Shown: positions 50,195 to 59,439, numbered from the stretch's first letter. The stretch is 64,000 bases of DNA from Candidatus Omnitrophica bacterium CG11_big_fil_rev_8_21_14_0_20_41_12 (GCA_002796135.1 PCWB01000027.1:1724-65723), one strand, 5' to 3'. A program made the numbers and translations. Notes: generated by a model from the sequence alone, not told the origin.

Positions 50195-50268
50195 TCGGGG
50201 CGGTGCGACTTGAACGCACGGCCTCTTGCTCCCGAAGCAAGCGCTCTACCAAACTGAGCCACGCCCCG
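50195..50268 (-). tRNA. tRNA-Pro (anticodon CGG), CCA not encoded
   Basis: Minus strand CGGGGCG...CTTGC-TT-CGG-GA-GCAAG...GTTCAAGTC...CGCCCCG-A cloverleaf. Confidence 0.96.
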
Positions 50269-50289
50269 TTACTAACCAATTATTTGATA

Positions 50290-50318
50290 AGTATATCAGA
50301 AATTTATGGGTAGCGCAA
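50290..50318 (-). promoter_or_regulatory. Putative tRNA promoter
   Basis: TTGCGC (50318-50313), 17-bp spacer, TATACT (50295-50290). Confidence 0.5.
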
Positions 50319-50335
50319 TCAGAGAAAGGACCATT

Positions 50336-51187
50336 CTAGACCTGCAGGCTATCAATAAGACGGGCCATAATAAAATCATTCTCAGTAAGGCCTCCGGCAA
50401 CAAATGTAGTCAGCGTGACCTTTAGCATGCTATAGACAATCATCATCATCGGATGATGCCCCTGCTCCTGGGCAATGATTGAGATTAAATCCAGAAAATA
50501 TTTGGCATCTACAAAATCCTTGAATTTAAATTCTTTAACCATTTTTCTAAAATCCGATGACTCCCAACCGGGATACTCCGGCAGTAATTTTTCTACTTTC
50601 TCCTTGGGCATCGCCGATACTACGCCTTTACAAGGTTGACATTCATAAATCAACTCTTCTTTAATCGGGCTAGCCGGACTTTTAATCACTGTTTCCAAAT
50701 TACTCAGTACTTCATCGTAATTTAGCGGCGCGGTTAACTCCGGGGCTATCTGCAAATAACGCAAAACGTTATTTTTATCTATAATCAAGGCCGCCCTGGC
50801 CAAGAGATTCAGCCCTTTGATCAATAAGCCGTAGTTTATCCCGAATGAAGAAGTTTTATAATCAGAAAAAACATGCACATCTTTTATATCAAAACTTTCA
50901 CAGAAACGCTGCTGCGCAAAAGGCAGGTCCTTACTGATCCCTAAAATCACCGCCTCCTGCGACAACCCGGCTGCCCTTTTATTAAACTCTTTTACCTGTA
51001 AATCACAAACCGGAGTATCCAGCGACGGGAATAAATTAATTACCTTGATCTTATTTTTAAAATCAACTAAACCTGTTTCTTTAAGGTCGTGAGAAAATAC
51101 CTTAAAATCCGGAGCAGGATCTCCTGGCTTCAAATTTCTTCCAACTAGAGTAAGCGGATTACCTTTAAAAGTTATGCTCCTGCCCAT
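50336..51187 (-). CDS. tpx: Thiol peroxidase Tpx fused to a pterin-4a-carbinolamine dehydratase-like domain
   Basis: ITFKGNP, PSLDTPVC, DLPFAQQRFC, LARA; C-terminal CQPC...F.FKDF...EQGHHP...GGLTENDFIMA. Confidence 0.88.
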   Translation of the reverse strand: MGRSITFKGNPLTLVGRNLKPGDPAPDFKVFSHDLKETGLVDFKNKIKVINLFPSLDTPVCDLQVKEFNKRAAGLSQEAVILGISKDLPFAQQRFCESFDIKDVHVFSDYKTSSFGINYGLLIKGLNLLARAALIIDKNNVLRYLQIAPELTAPLNYDEVLSNLETVIKSPASPIKEELIYECQPCKGVVSAMPKEKVEKLLPEYPGWESSDFRKMVKEFKFKDFVDAKYFLDLISIIAQEQGHHPMMMIVYSMLKVTLTTFVAGGLTENDFIMARLIDSLQV

Positions 51188-51217
51188 AAATACCTCCTTA
51201 AAAGTATTAATAAATTC

Positions 51218-51787
51218 TTAAGGTCTTTTAGCCAGCATATCGAACTCTACATTAAGCTTATCCGACGGGCCTTTAAAATTCAACGTAGTATTTTTAAGCG
51301 TATGCGGGATAATACAGACATTAAAAACATTTCCTCTGATTTTGGCTAAGGTCAAACTTATGCCATCCAGCGATATCGACCCCTTAGGCAAACAGTAGCG
51401 CAAAAATTCAGGCGGAACCGCAACTTCTAATTCCACGCTGCCGTTACGCAGTCCTCTCTTACGCACCAGGCCCAGGCAATCAACATGGCCGCTGACAAAA
51501 TGGCCGCTGACCCTGTCCCCGACCTTTAAACTGCGCTCAAGGTTGACTTTTTTACCGATGCTCAGTAATCCTAAATTAGTACTCTTAAATGTAGTATTCA
51601 TAACTTCAAATCTAAGCGAATTACTTCCAAGAGTCACAGCCGTCAGGCATACTCCGTTGACCGAAACACTGTCGCCGAGCTTAGTATCAATTAGAACTTC
51701 CTTGGCACTAATTTCCAAGGAAGTTACTCCTGCCTGATGCGTTATTTTTTTTACCTCTCCCAATTCTTCGACGATTCCGGTAAACAT
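51218..51787 (-). CDS. ribE: Riboflavin synthase (alpha chain)
   Basis: Canonical MFTGIVEE start at 51787, VNGVCLT, VNLER, GHFVSGHVD, IPHT. Confidence 0.95.
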   Translation of the reverse strand: MFTGIVEELGEVKKITHQAGVTSLEISAKEVLIDTKLGDSVSVNGVCLTAVTLGSNSLRFEVMNTTFKSTNLGLLSIGKKVNLERSLKVGDRVSGHFVSGHVDCLGLVRKRGLRNGSVELEVAVPPEFLRYCLPKGSISLDGISLTLAKIRGNVFNVCIIPHTLKNTTLNFKGPSDKLNVEFDMLAKRP

Positions 51788-51788
51788 T

Positions 51789-52883
51789 TTATAGCACCTT
51801 CGCTGCAAATAAGAATTCCTGGCCAAACCGTTTTATTTTCAAATCACTTAATTTTATTGCCTGATCTACGCGTTTAACCCCAATACCCATGACCGAAGAA
51901 ACAGCGTCTTTGCCGCCGATTATCTTCGGACTGACAAAAAATAAAATTCTGTCTACAAGCTTCTCATCAAAAAGCGAGCCGATCAACGTACCGCCGCCTT
52001 CAACGATCATGTTAGTAATTTTCAATTGGGCAATTTTTTTAAGAGCATCGCGTAGATTAATCTGTCCGGATTTTTCTTTCACTTCAAGAATTTTAGCTTT
52101 TGCCGCCAGCCTTTTGCGATTCTCTGTCTCCTGGCCCGGGCGGCTTGGCAAAGTAATAATGATCACCTGAGAGTCATCTGAAAAAATATTGGAATCCTCA
52201 GGAGTACTTAAAGTGCTATCGACAATAAGCTTAATCAGTTTTTTCTTGGTAAACCAAGTGTTCAAGCGCGGATTATCCCGCAGCACAGTATTGACCCCCA
52301 CCATAATCGCATCATAATTCTCACGCAACTTATGCGCATAACTGCGCGATTTATCAGAAGTAATCCACTTTGAATCTCCGGTACGGGTAGCAATTCTGCC
52401 GTCTAATGACTGGCCGACCTTAACTGTAACAAACGGAATCCTGGCAGTAATATATTTTATGAAACTCTCATTAATTTCTTTTAACTGGCTCTCTAAAAAA
52501 CCTACCCTTACTTTAATATTATTCTGCTTAAGCAGCATAACCCCTCTTCCGTTATTCAAGGGGTTCGGATCATACATCCCGACAACCACCTCTTTAATCC
52601 CGCTTTCAATTATACGATTAACACAAGGCGGGGTGCACCCGGTATGCGCACAAGGTTCAAGGGTGACATATAAAGTAGCTCCTTTTGCTTTTTTCTTGGC
52701 TTGATCCAAAGCAAGGATCTCCGCATGGGCTAACCCAGCTTTAGCATGGAAACCTTGACCGATGATTTTGCCTCTCTTAACCACCAAGGCTCCGACCAAA
52801 GGATTAGGATAAGTTTTTCCTTTTGCCTTTAAAGCTAACTTTAAAGCCAGCCCCATATAGTCTGCGTCGGTTTTTTTAATCAT
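51789..52883 (-). CDS. ribD: Riboflavin biosynthesis deaminase/reductase RibD
   Basis: PNPLVG, HAE, TLEPC.H...PPC, SLDG, SKWIT, VEGG. Confidence 0.96.
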   Translation of the reverse strand: MIKKTDADYMGLALKLALKAKGKTYPNPLVGALVVKRGKIIGQGFHAKAGLAHAEILALDQAKKKAKGATLYVTLEPCAHTGCTPPCVNRIIESGIKEVVVGMYDPNPLNNGRGVMLLKQNNIKVRVGFLESQLKEINESFIKYITARIPFVTVKVGQSLDGRIATRTGDSKWITSDKSRSYAHKLRENYDAIMVGVNTVLRDNPRLNTWFTKKKLIKLIVDSTLSTPEDSNIFSDDSQVIIITLPSRPGQETENRKRLAAKAKILEVKEKSGQINLRDALKKIAQLKITNMIVEGGGTLIGSLFDEKLVDRILFFVSPKIIGGKDAVSSVMGIGVKRVDQAIKLSDLKIKRFGQEFLFAAKVL

Positions 52884-53695
52884 TTTTTAGCTTCGCGAAG
52901 TTTTTCTACCAGCTCAAGTGGTATTTTAATCATCCCTAATTTTATATCCGGTTTAGCGTTGCCGTGAAAATCGCTTCCTCCGGTAACCAAAAGATTCAAC
53001 TGCTTAGCTAAATTTAGGTAAAAATTAACCATGGATTGTGAATGTTCAGTGTAATAAATTTCTATCCCGTCTAAACCATACCCGCTGAATTCAGTGATCA
53101 GCTCGTCGTTATGCAAAATATAAGGATGCGCTAGTACTGCCAGGCCGCCGGCATCATGGATCATCTTGATTGCATCCGGGACCGTAAGATAAAAACCTAA
53201 AACATAAGCCGGGGACTTATCTCCGATATATTTACGAAATGCCTCCTGAATAGTTCTTACATTACCTTCTTGAACTAATGCCCTGGCGATATGCATCCTG
53301 CCTACCGTAGATTTTCCGGAGATCTTAAAAACAGCATCGGCATTAAGCTCAACTCCCAACCCTTTTAAATTTTCTATAATTTTATGTACCCGTTCAATGC
53401 GATTGGCCTGTAATAATTTTAATTTCTCTCGCAGCGTAGCATTGCGATAATCCATAAAATATCCCAGGATATGGATCTCCAGCCCTTCATGCTGGGCAGT
53501 CAATTCAATCCCGGGAATTATCTCTAAATCCGTGTCTTTGGCCGCCTCGATTGCTTCCTCAATCGCATCCAGCGTATCATGGTCAACAATGGCAATTGCC
53601 GAAAGATTGCGCTTAAGGCCTTCTTTGACTAATTGCGCAGGGGTATATGTACCGTCGCTGGCCAAAGTATGTACATGTAAATCAGCGAATTTCAT
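52880..53695 (-). CDS. PHP-domain phosphoesterase (TrpH/YciV-like)
   Basis: DLHVHT.ASDG, DHD, GIE, HILGY, GRMH, LAHP, GGSDFHG. Confidence 0.88.
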   Translation of the reverse strand: MKFADLHVHTLASDGTYTPAQLVKEGLKRNLSAIAIVDHDTLDAIEEAIEAAKDTDLEIIPGIELTAQHEGLEIHILGYFMDYRNATLREKLKLLQANRIERVHKIIENLKGLGVELNADAVFKISGKSTVGRMHIARALVQEGNVRTIQEAFRKYIGDKSPAYVLGFYLTVPDAIKMIHDAGGLAVLAHPYILHNDELITEFSGYGLDGIEIYYTEHSQSMVNFYLNLAKQLNLLVTGGSDFHGNAKPDIKLGMIKIPLELVEKLREAKK

Positions 53696-54108
53696 TTTTC
53701 TTTCTCAATTTTTACCTGATCCAAAATAGCATTTACAAACTTCCCAGATTCAATGCCGGAATATTTCTTAGCCAGCTCTACCGCCTCGTTAATTGCCACC
53801 TTAGGCGGAATATCCTGCCGGTACAGCAATTCAAAACATCCCAGGCGCATGATATTGCGATCAACAAAAGCCATGCGTTCAAGTTGCCAGTTAGCCGCAT
53901 ACTTGCTGATCTTTTTATCGATATCCTCCAGATGCCCGACTACTCCGCCAAGTAATTCCGTGGAAAAGTCTTTGGAGTCTGCGGCAGTATCATCCAGCTT
54001 ATTGCTTTGCCAGAAACTTTCGAAAACTTCCTTCCAGTCTCCCCGGGTGATATCTACCTGATAAAGCATCTGCAATACATATTCACGTGCTTTAGTCCGT
54101 TTACGCAT
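53692..54108 (-). CDS. nusB: Transcription antitermination factor NusB
   Basis: RTKARE..LQMLYQ, VDRNIMR, VAINEAVELAKKY, FVNAILD. Confidence 0.96.
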   Translation of the reverse strand: MRKRTKAREYVLQMLYQVDITRGDWKEVFESFWQSNKLDDTAADSKDFSTELLGGVVGHLEDIDKKISKYAANWQLERMAFVDRNIMRLGCFELLYRQDIPPKVAINEAVELAKKYSGIESGKFVNAILDQVKIEKEK

Positions 54109-54112
54109 AGGT

Positions 54113-54580
54113 TTATTTTAATTGTCCGGATAAGCTAACCATCTCAATAGCTGACAAAGCGGCATCTCTACCTTTGTTACCGTCTTTAGAGCCTGCGCGC
54201 TCCACTGCCTGCTCGATACTATCGGCGGTAATTATACCAAAGATGACCGGTATTCCGCTATCTAAAGAAACTTTAGCAACCCCTTTAGCTGCTTCCGAAG
54301 CAATATAATCAAAATGCGGAGTTGCTCCGCGGATAACCGTACCTAAACAAATCAAAGCGTCAAAAGATTTGGTTTTAGCCATCTTCTGAGCAACCAGCGG
54401 AACCTCAAATGCGCCGGGAACCCAGGCTACCGTAATATCCTTATCTTCTGCTCCGTGCCGGACTAAAGTATCAATACAACCACTGACTAACTCTTTAGTC
54501 ATGAAATCATTGAAACGTGAAGCCACCAAACCAAAGGTTTGGCCTTTTGCCAACAGCTTGCCTTCAATTACCTTTGCCAT
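54113..54580 (-). CDS. ribH: 6,7-dimethyl-8-ribityllumazine synthase
   Basis: [24 protein letters not shown]. Confidence 0.97.
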   Translation of the reverse strand: MAKVIEGKLLAKGQTFGLVASRFNDFMTKELVSGCIDTLVRHGAEDKDITVAWVPGAFEVPLVAQKMAKTKSFDALICLGTVIRGATPHFDYIASEAAKGVAKVSLDSGIPVIFGIITADSIEQAVERAGSKDGNKGRDAALSAIEMVSLSGQLK

Positions 54581-54594
54581 CTTTCCTCCTTGTG

Positions 54595-55803
54595 TTAGAG
54601 ATCTAGATAATGCCCTAGTTTCTCTTTTTTTGTTTTTAAATATTTATAATTCTGAGCGCCGGGTTTAATCTCTAACGATATGCGCTCGGCAACCTCTAAG
54701 CCATAACCTTCTAAACCTACGATCTTACGCGGATTATTCGTTAATAACTTTATTTTTTTAACTCCCAAATCAACCAGGATCTGAGCTCCGATGCCGTAAT
54801 CACGCAAATCAGCTTTATGCCCCAAGGCTTCATTGGCCTGAACAGTATCCATTCCCTGATCCTGAAGATTATACGCACGTATCTTTTCAACTAAGCCGAT
54901 ACCCCGGCCCTCCTGATTCATATAAAGGATTATGCCTTTTTTCTCGCCTCCGATGATCTCCATCGCTTTTTCTAATTGATGCCCGCAATCACAGCGTAGC
55001 GAACCAAAGACATCTCCGGTTAAACACTCCGAATGAACGCGCACCAATATTGACTCATCCGACCAGCTGCCCATACACAAAGCAATATGCGTTTGGGCGT
55101 TGGTTTTGTCGCGGTAAATAATTAATTTAAATTCTCCGAATTTTGTAGGTAATATTGTCTGAACCACTACTTCGACTAATTTTTCCCTCCTGCGGCGGTA
55201 TTCGATCAGGCTGGCAATCGAACAAATTTTTAAAGCGTGCTTTTTAGAAAATTCCAGAAGTTGCGGCAGGCGAGCCATTGAACCATCGTCATTCATAATC
55301 TCGCAAATTACTCCCGCCGAATAAAGCCCACAAAGACGCATTAAATCCAGGCTTGCCTCAGTATGCCCGGCGCGCACCAATACTCCACCGAGGCGCGAGC
55401 GTAGAGGAAAAACATGCCCCGGACGAATTAAGTCCTCAGGCTTGGTTTTAAGATTAGTTAAGATTTCAATTGTCTTGGCCCGATCAGCCGCAGAGATCCC
55501 CGTGCTTATCGAGCGCGCCGCATCAACCGAGATCATCCAGGCAGTCTTAAAAGGATCCTCCTTAGTCGCCGCCAGAGTATTTTTAAGCATTGGATCAAGC
55601 TCCAAAAAACGCAACCTCTCCTCTTCCATCGGAACACAGATCAGCCCCCGGCCGAATTTAGCCATAAAGTTTATATCTTCCGGCTTGGCACTTGAGGCAG
55701 CCATGATTAAATCACCTTCATTTTCGCGGTCTTCATCATCAACCACGATAACCATTTTGCCTGCTTTTAAATCTTCTAAAATTTCCGGTATTGAATTAAA
55801 CAT
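54595..55803 (-). CDS. ribBA: Bifunctional DHBP synthase / GTP cyclohydrolase II
   Basis: [33 protein letters not shown]...RCDC, QEGRGIG, TNNP. Confidence 0.97.
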   Translation of the reverse strand: MFNSIPEILEDLKAGKMVIVVDDEDRENEGDLIMAASSAKPEDINFMAKFGRGLICVPMEEERLRFLELDPMLKNTLAATKEDPFKTAWMISVDAARSISTGISAADRAKTIEILTNLKTKPEDLIRPGHVFPLRSRLGGVLVRAGHTEASLDLMRLCGLYSAGVICEIMNDDGSMARLPQLLEFSKKHALKICSIASLIEYRRRREKLVEVVVQTILPTKFGEFKLIIYRDKTNAQTHIALCMGSWSDESILVRVHSECLTGDVFGSLRCDCGHQLEKAMEIIGGEKKGIILYMNQEGRGIGLVEKIRAYNLQDQGMDTVQANEALGHKADLRDYGIGAQILVDLGVKKIKLLTNNPRKIVGLEGYGLEVAERISLEIKPGAQNYKYLKTKKEKLGHYLDL

Positions 55804-55813
55804 AAGCCCCTGT

Positions 55814-55845
55814 AAAAAATAAGCCCAAAAAGATAATCCTCGGGC
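55814..55845 (-). terminator. Intrinsic terminator forming the FMN riboswitch expression platform
   Basis: Minus strand GCCCGAGGA-TTA-TCTTTTTGGGC followed by TTATTTTTT, between the aptamer and the ribBA start. Confidence 0.65.
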
Positions 55846-55891
55846 ATCGTAATTTTAATCTTCTTCCATCTGGACTTTCTCATACGCTTTT

Positions 55892-55936
55892 ACACCCCGC
55901 GTTTATAAGATATTACGCGGGTGTTCGTTCGTACGA
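55892..55936. repeat. Two-hairpin structured repeat, copy B (inside the riboswitch)
   Basis: ACACC-C-CGCGT-tta-taaga-tatt-ACGCG-GGTGT-TCGT-tcgt-ACGA. Confidence 0.72.
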
Positions 55937-55983
55937 ACCATCGGCCCTGGAATCTCACCAGATCTGCCTAGCACATTGTTTAA

Positions 55984-56027
55984 GCACCCAGCGCTAAATT
56001 GCATTGCGCTGGTGCCTGCTCGTGCAG
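55984..56027. repeat. Two-hairpin structured repeat, copy C (inside the riboswitch)
   Basis: GCACC-C-AGCGC-taa-attg-catt-GCGCT-GGTGC-CTGC-tcgt-GCAG. Confidence 0.72.
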
Positions 56028-56087
56028 GGCTCGCGGGCTAAACCGCCGGTAAGGAATTTCACCTTGCCCTAAAGATTAATTGTTAGT

Positions 56088-56115
56088 ATTTTAACAGAAA
56101 ATCTAACCTTGTCAA
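56088..56115 (-). promoter_or_regulatory. sigma70 promoter of the riboswitch/rib operon
   Basis: TTGACA (56115-56110), 16-bp spacer, TAAAAT (56093-56088) with TGn extension, just upstream of the aptamer. Confidence 0.7.
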
Positions 56116-56137
56116 TACAATTAAAAACGATTATAAT
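56109..56137 (+). promoter_or_regulatory. sigma70 promoter of cinA-thpR
   Basis: TTGTCA (56109-56114), 17-bp spacer, TATAAT (56132-56137). Confidence 0.65.
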
Positions 56138-56143
56138 ACCTTT

Positions 56144-56614
56144 ATGGCCAATGAAATTTTAAAACAGGCGCATAAAAAATTGCTGGCAAAGGGCAAAACC
56201 ATCGCAATTGCCGAATCCTGCTCCGGAGGACTACTCTCCTGCCTCTTAACCGAGCTACCCGGATCCTCCAAATACTTTATCTCAGGAGTAGTTACCTACA
56301 GCAATAGCTCTAAAGAAAAAATCCTGAATATTCCCGCAAAAATAATCGCTAAATACGGAGCAGTCTCTAAAAATGTTGCGCTACTAATGGCAGAAAATAT
56401 CCGTAAAAAATCAAATTCCGACTTTGCCCTTAGCCTAACCGGAATTGCCGGACCTGCCGGCTCAACTAAAAATAAACCCATCGGTACGGTCTTTGTCTGT
56501 TTATCCTCTAAGAATAAAAATATCTGCCGTAAATTTTCTTTACGCGGCAGCCGCCAAGCTATCCGTAAAAAATCTGCTTACCAGGCTCTACGTCTATTAT
56601 GCGCGCATTTATAG
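56144..56614 (+). CDS. pncC: CinA C-terminal / NMN deamidase (PncC family)
   Basis: AESCSGG, GSSKYF, YSN..K, GAVS, TGIAGP.G, KPIGTV. Confidence 0.9.
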   Translation: MANEILKQAHKKLLAKGKTIAIAESCSGGLLSCLLTELPGSSKYFISGVVTYSNSSKEKILNIPAKIIAKYGAVSKNVALLMAENIRKKSNSDFALSLTGIAGPAGSTKNKPIGTVFVCLSSKNKNICRKFSLRGSRQAIRKKSAYQALRLLCAHL

Positions 56615-57171
56615 CAATTGATCTGCCACCGCAAATCAAAGATGCAATCTCAAAAACACAGGATAAATTTAAAAATGCCTTACCTAAAATCAGCTGGGTA
56701 AAACCGGTTAACCTCCATCTTACTTTAAAGTTTCTTGGAGAAATATCTCCTAAACAGCTAGATTTGATAAATCAGATCATTGATAAGATTTGCAGCAAAG
56801 CCAATAACTTTAAGATCAGGCTGGAGGCCATGGATCTCCTCCCCGATATTGCTCGCGCACGGATAATCTGGATAGGTACTGAAAAAATAGAGGCGCAATT
56901 ACAGCAAATTGTCGAAGAGTTAGAGACAAAACTTTCACAATTAGGAATTCCTAAAGAAAAACGCCACTTTTGTGCGCATATTACTATCGGCCGCATCAAA
57001 ACGCATATTGCGCCTTCTATTCTAGAAGAAACGCTCGGGAAATTAAAAAATGGGCTGTTAAGAGAAAAATTGAAGTTTGCTGCAGAAAAGATTACTCTAT
57101 TCCAAAGCACACTTGGCCCGGCAGGGCCGGATTATGCGGTTTTAAAAGAAGCTAATTTTAAGATCACCTGA
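56599..57171 (+). CDS. thpR: RNA 2',3'-cyclic phosphodiesterase (2H phosphoesterase)
   Basis: MRAFIAI, HLTLKFLG and HITIGR (two HxT motifs). Confidence 0.92.
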   Translation: MRAFIAIDLPPQIKDAISKTQDKFKNALPKISWVKPVNLHLTLKFLGEISPKQLDLINQIIDKICSKANNFKIRLEAMDLLPDIARARIIWIGTEKIEAQLQQIVEELETKLSQLGIPKEKRHFCAHITIGRIKTHIAPSILEETLGKLKNGLLREKLKFAAEKITLFQSTLGPAGPDYAVLKEANFKIT

Positions 57172-57611
57172 AGCACGATATTTGTATATATACCTGCGAC
57201 TAAATCATCGATCATTATCCCGGATGCGCCATGCAGATACTGCAACCTGCCCACCGGAAACGGCTTAAGCGTATCCAGAATTCTAAAGATAAGAAAAGCC
57301 AAAATGATTATCTTCAAATCATACGGCATAAAACTCAAAGCCACCAACATACCCATGACTTCATCGATCACAACGCAGGAAGGATCTTTTTTATTGATTA
57401 ATTTTTCCATCCTGCCGCCGGTTAAAAACCCTAAAATTATTACGCACAAGATTACCGAAAAATAAGCCGGCTGACTTGCCCCCTTAAACAGATAAAATAA
57501 ACCAATTCCGGCAACGGTGCCGAAAGTCCCCGGCATCAAAGGCAAATATCCGATAAAAAAAACCGAAGCAACTGCCTTAGTCAAAAAATTACTAAAATCA
57601 TTTAGTTTCAT
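57132..57611 (-). CDS. pgpA: Phosphatidylglycerophosphatase A
   Basis: PGTFGT, DPSCVVIDEVMG, FRILDTLKPFP, GIMIDD. Confidence 0.93.
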   Translation of the reverse strand: MKLNDFSNFLTKAVASVFFIGYLPLMPGTFGTVAGIGLFYLFKGASQPAYFSVILCVIILGFLTGGRMEKLINKKDPSCVVIDEVMGMLVALSFMPYDLKIIILAFLIFRILDTLKPFPVGRLQYLHGASGIMIDDLVAGIYTNIVLQVILKLASFKTA

Positions 57612-58195
57612 AAGCGGGTAATAATTTTGCGGTTATCCCAAAGATAGGATAATCCGGAGTAAAGGGTCAGGGCCACGGTAAGCAGCATAAGATAAAAAAT
57701 TCCCTGACGGAAAACACTCTCCCAGGCGGGATTCCAGGTGAAATATTTCAGCACAACTTCTTTAAGCAGGATAAAACCTAAAATTGTAAAAATCACCAGC
57801 ATTTGCAAAACTGTTTTATGCTTGCCGGCGCGCGCTGCGGATAATACCTTGCCTTTATTTAAAGCAAATAGGCGCAAAGAAGTAATCAGAATTTCCCTGG
57901 AGACAATGATCATAAACATCCAGGCGTCGATCAATTGCAACTGCACAAATGCCGCAAAAGCCGTCAAGACCAGAATTTTATCAGCAATCGGATCCATAAA
58001 CCTACCGAAATCCGTAACCATATTCCTGCGTTTAGCTATAAAACCATCGAGAAAATCAGAAACGGCAGCAAAAATAAATATAACCAAAGCCAATAGCTTT
58101 GTCCACCAGATCTTATCCAGTGCCGGCAGAAAAAGTAAAGCAAAGACAAAAGTAAGAATTATCCGAAGCATGGTTATTTTATTGGCAAGATTCAT
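57608..58195 (-). CDS. pgsA: CDP-diacylglycerol--glycerol-3-phosphate phosphatidyltransferase
   Basis: NLANKITMLR, DFLDGFIAK...FG.FMDPIADK, RE. Confidence 0.95.
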   Translation of the reverse strand: MNLANKITMLRIILTFVFALLFLPALDKIWWTKLLALVIFIFAAVSDFLDGFIAKRRNMVTDFGRFMDPIADKILVLTAFAAFVQLQLIDAWMFMIIVSREILITSLRLFALNKGKVLSAARAGKHKTVLQMLVIFTILGFILLKEVVLKYFTWNPAWESVFRQGIFYLMLLTVALTLYSGLSYLWDNRKIITRL

Positions 58196-59439
58196 TGTTT
58201 TAGCTCCCCCACTAAATCATACTCTAATGTATCAATAATTTTTACCCGGCAAAACTCTCCGGTCTTAAGTCTTCGATTAGTCTTGACATAGACTACTCCG
58301 TCTACTTCCGGAGCGTCAAACTGGCTACGTCCGATATAGGCACCATCTTGCTTATCTTCAATAAGCACATCCATACTCTGAGCCATAAATTTCTTATTTA
58401 ATTCAGCGGCTATTTTTTGCTGTTCGGACATAATCATATCAAACCTCTCTTCTTTGGCCTTCTTAGAGATCTGTCCGCCAAAGCAATAGGCCGGGGTATC
58501 CTCTTCCCGGGAATAAATAAAAGCGCCCAGCCTGTCGAATTTTACTTCCTTAATAAAATCTAAGAGTTCATTAAATTCTGCCTTAGTTTCCGAAGGAAAA
58601 CCGACGATCAGGGAGGTACGTAAACAAACCCCGGGAATAACCGACCTGATCTTCTTAATTAAAGCAATGATTTGCTCTTTGCTAAATCTACGGTTCATCA
58701 GCTTCAAGATACGGTTATTAATATGCTGAATCGGCAGATCAATATACTTGCAAACCCGCTTATTTTTCGCAATCAATTCAAGCAACTCTTCAGTGATCCT
58801 CTCGGGATGCAGATACAAAAGACGGATCCAGGAAATATCGGGAGAATTCTTGATTATCTTTTTCAAAAGAACGGCTAATTTGCTCTTGCCAGAGCTATCT
58901 ACGCCGAAACCGGTAATGTCCTGGCCGATAATATTGAGCTCGGAAATTTTTTCCCGGTTCAGCTGCCTGACTTTTTGAATGATTGTCTTCTCATCCAGGC
59001 TCTTCAGCCTTCCTTTAATCCGGGGAATTACGCAATAGCTGCAATTATTCAGGCATCCTTCACAAATTTTCAAATATGCATAATGCTTAGGGGTCAGAGC
59101 ATATCTCTTTAATCCATGATCCTGCTCAAGAGAACCGATGAAAGCATCAACTTCAGGCAGCTCATCCTTTAGATCTTTATAACGCTGCGGCAGACAACCG
59201 CAAACAATTATTTTTTTAAGTTTCCCCTGCTTCTTTAATTCTATTGTCTCAAGAATAGCATCAATTGATTCGCGCCTGGCCTCTTCAATAAAAGCGCAGG
59301 TATTCACCAGAGCAATTTGGGCTTTCCCTAAATCATCGACAATCGAATAACCTTTGGCGTGAAGCCTGCCAGCCAGGGTTTCAGCATCAACCAGATTCCG
59401 CGGACAGCCTAAAGACAGTATTCCCAATTTTTGTTTCAT
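58192..59439 (-). CDS. rimO: Ribosomal protein S12 methylthiotransferase
   Basis: SLGCPRNLVD, NTCAFI, GCLPQRY, EGCLNNCSYC, APEVDG TRAM domain. Confidence 0.95.
   Translation of the reverse strand: MKQKLGILSLGCPRNLVDAETLAGRLHAKGYSIVDDLGKAQIALVNTCAFIEEARRESIDAILETIELKKQGKLKKIIVCGCLPQRYKDLKDELPEVDAFIGSLEQDHGLKRYALTPKHYAYLKICEGCLNNCSYCVIPRIKGRLKSLDEKTIIQKVRQLNREKISELNIIGQDITGFGVDSSGKSKLAVLLKKIIKNSPDISWIRLLYLHPERITEELLELIAKNKRVCKYIDLPIQHINNRILKLMNRRFSKEQIIALIKKIRSVIPGVCLRTSLIVGFPSETKAEFNELLDFIKEVKFDRLGAFIYSREEDTPAYCFGGQISKKAKEERFDMIMSEQQKIAAELNKKFMAQSMDVLIEDKQDGAYIGRSQFDAPEVDGVVYVKTNRRLKTGEFCRVKIIDTLEYDLVGELKQ

Larger units (their letters stand above)
55856..56078 (-). ncRNA. FMN riboswitch (RFN element), enlarged by two insertions
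   Basis: Minus strand ATCTTTAGGGCAAGGTGAAATTCCTTACCGGCGGT...GCCCGCGAGC...GCAGATCTGGTGAGATTCCAGGGCCGATGGT...AGTCCAGATGGAAGAAGAT, upstream of the rib operon. Confidence 0.93.

Noticed and set aside
49831-50268. tRNA-Pro as an integration site, with the downstream membrane ORF as an island
   Set aside because: I saw no duplicated tRNA 3' end and no integrase. A single small gene is not enough evidence.
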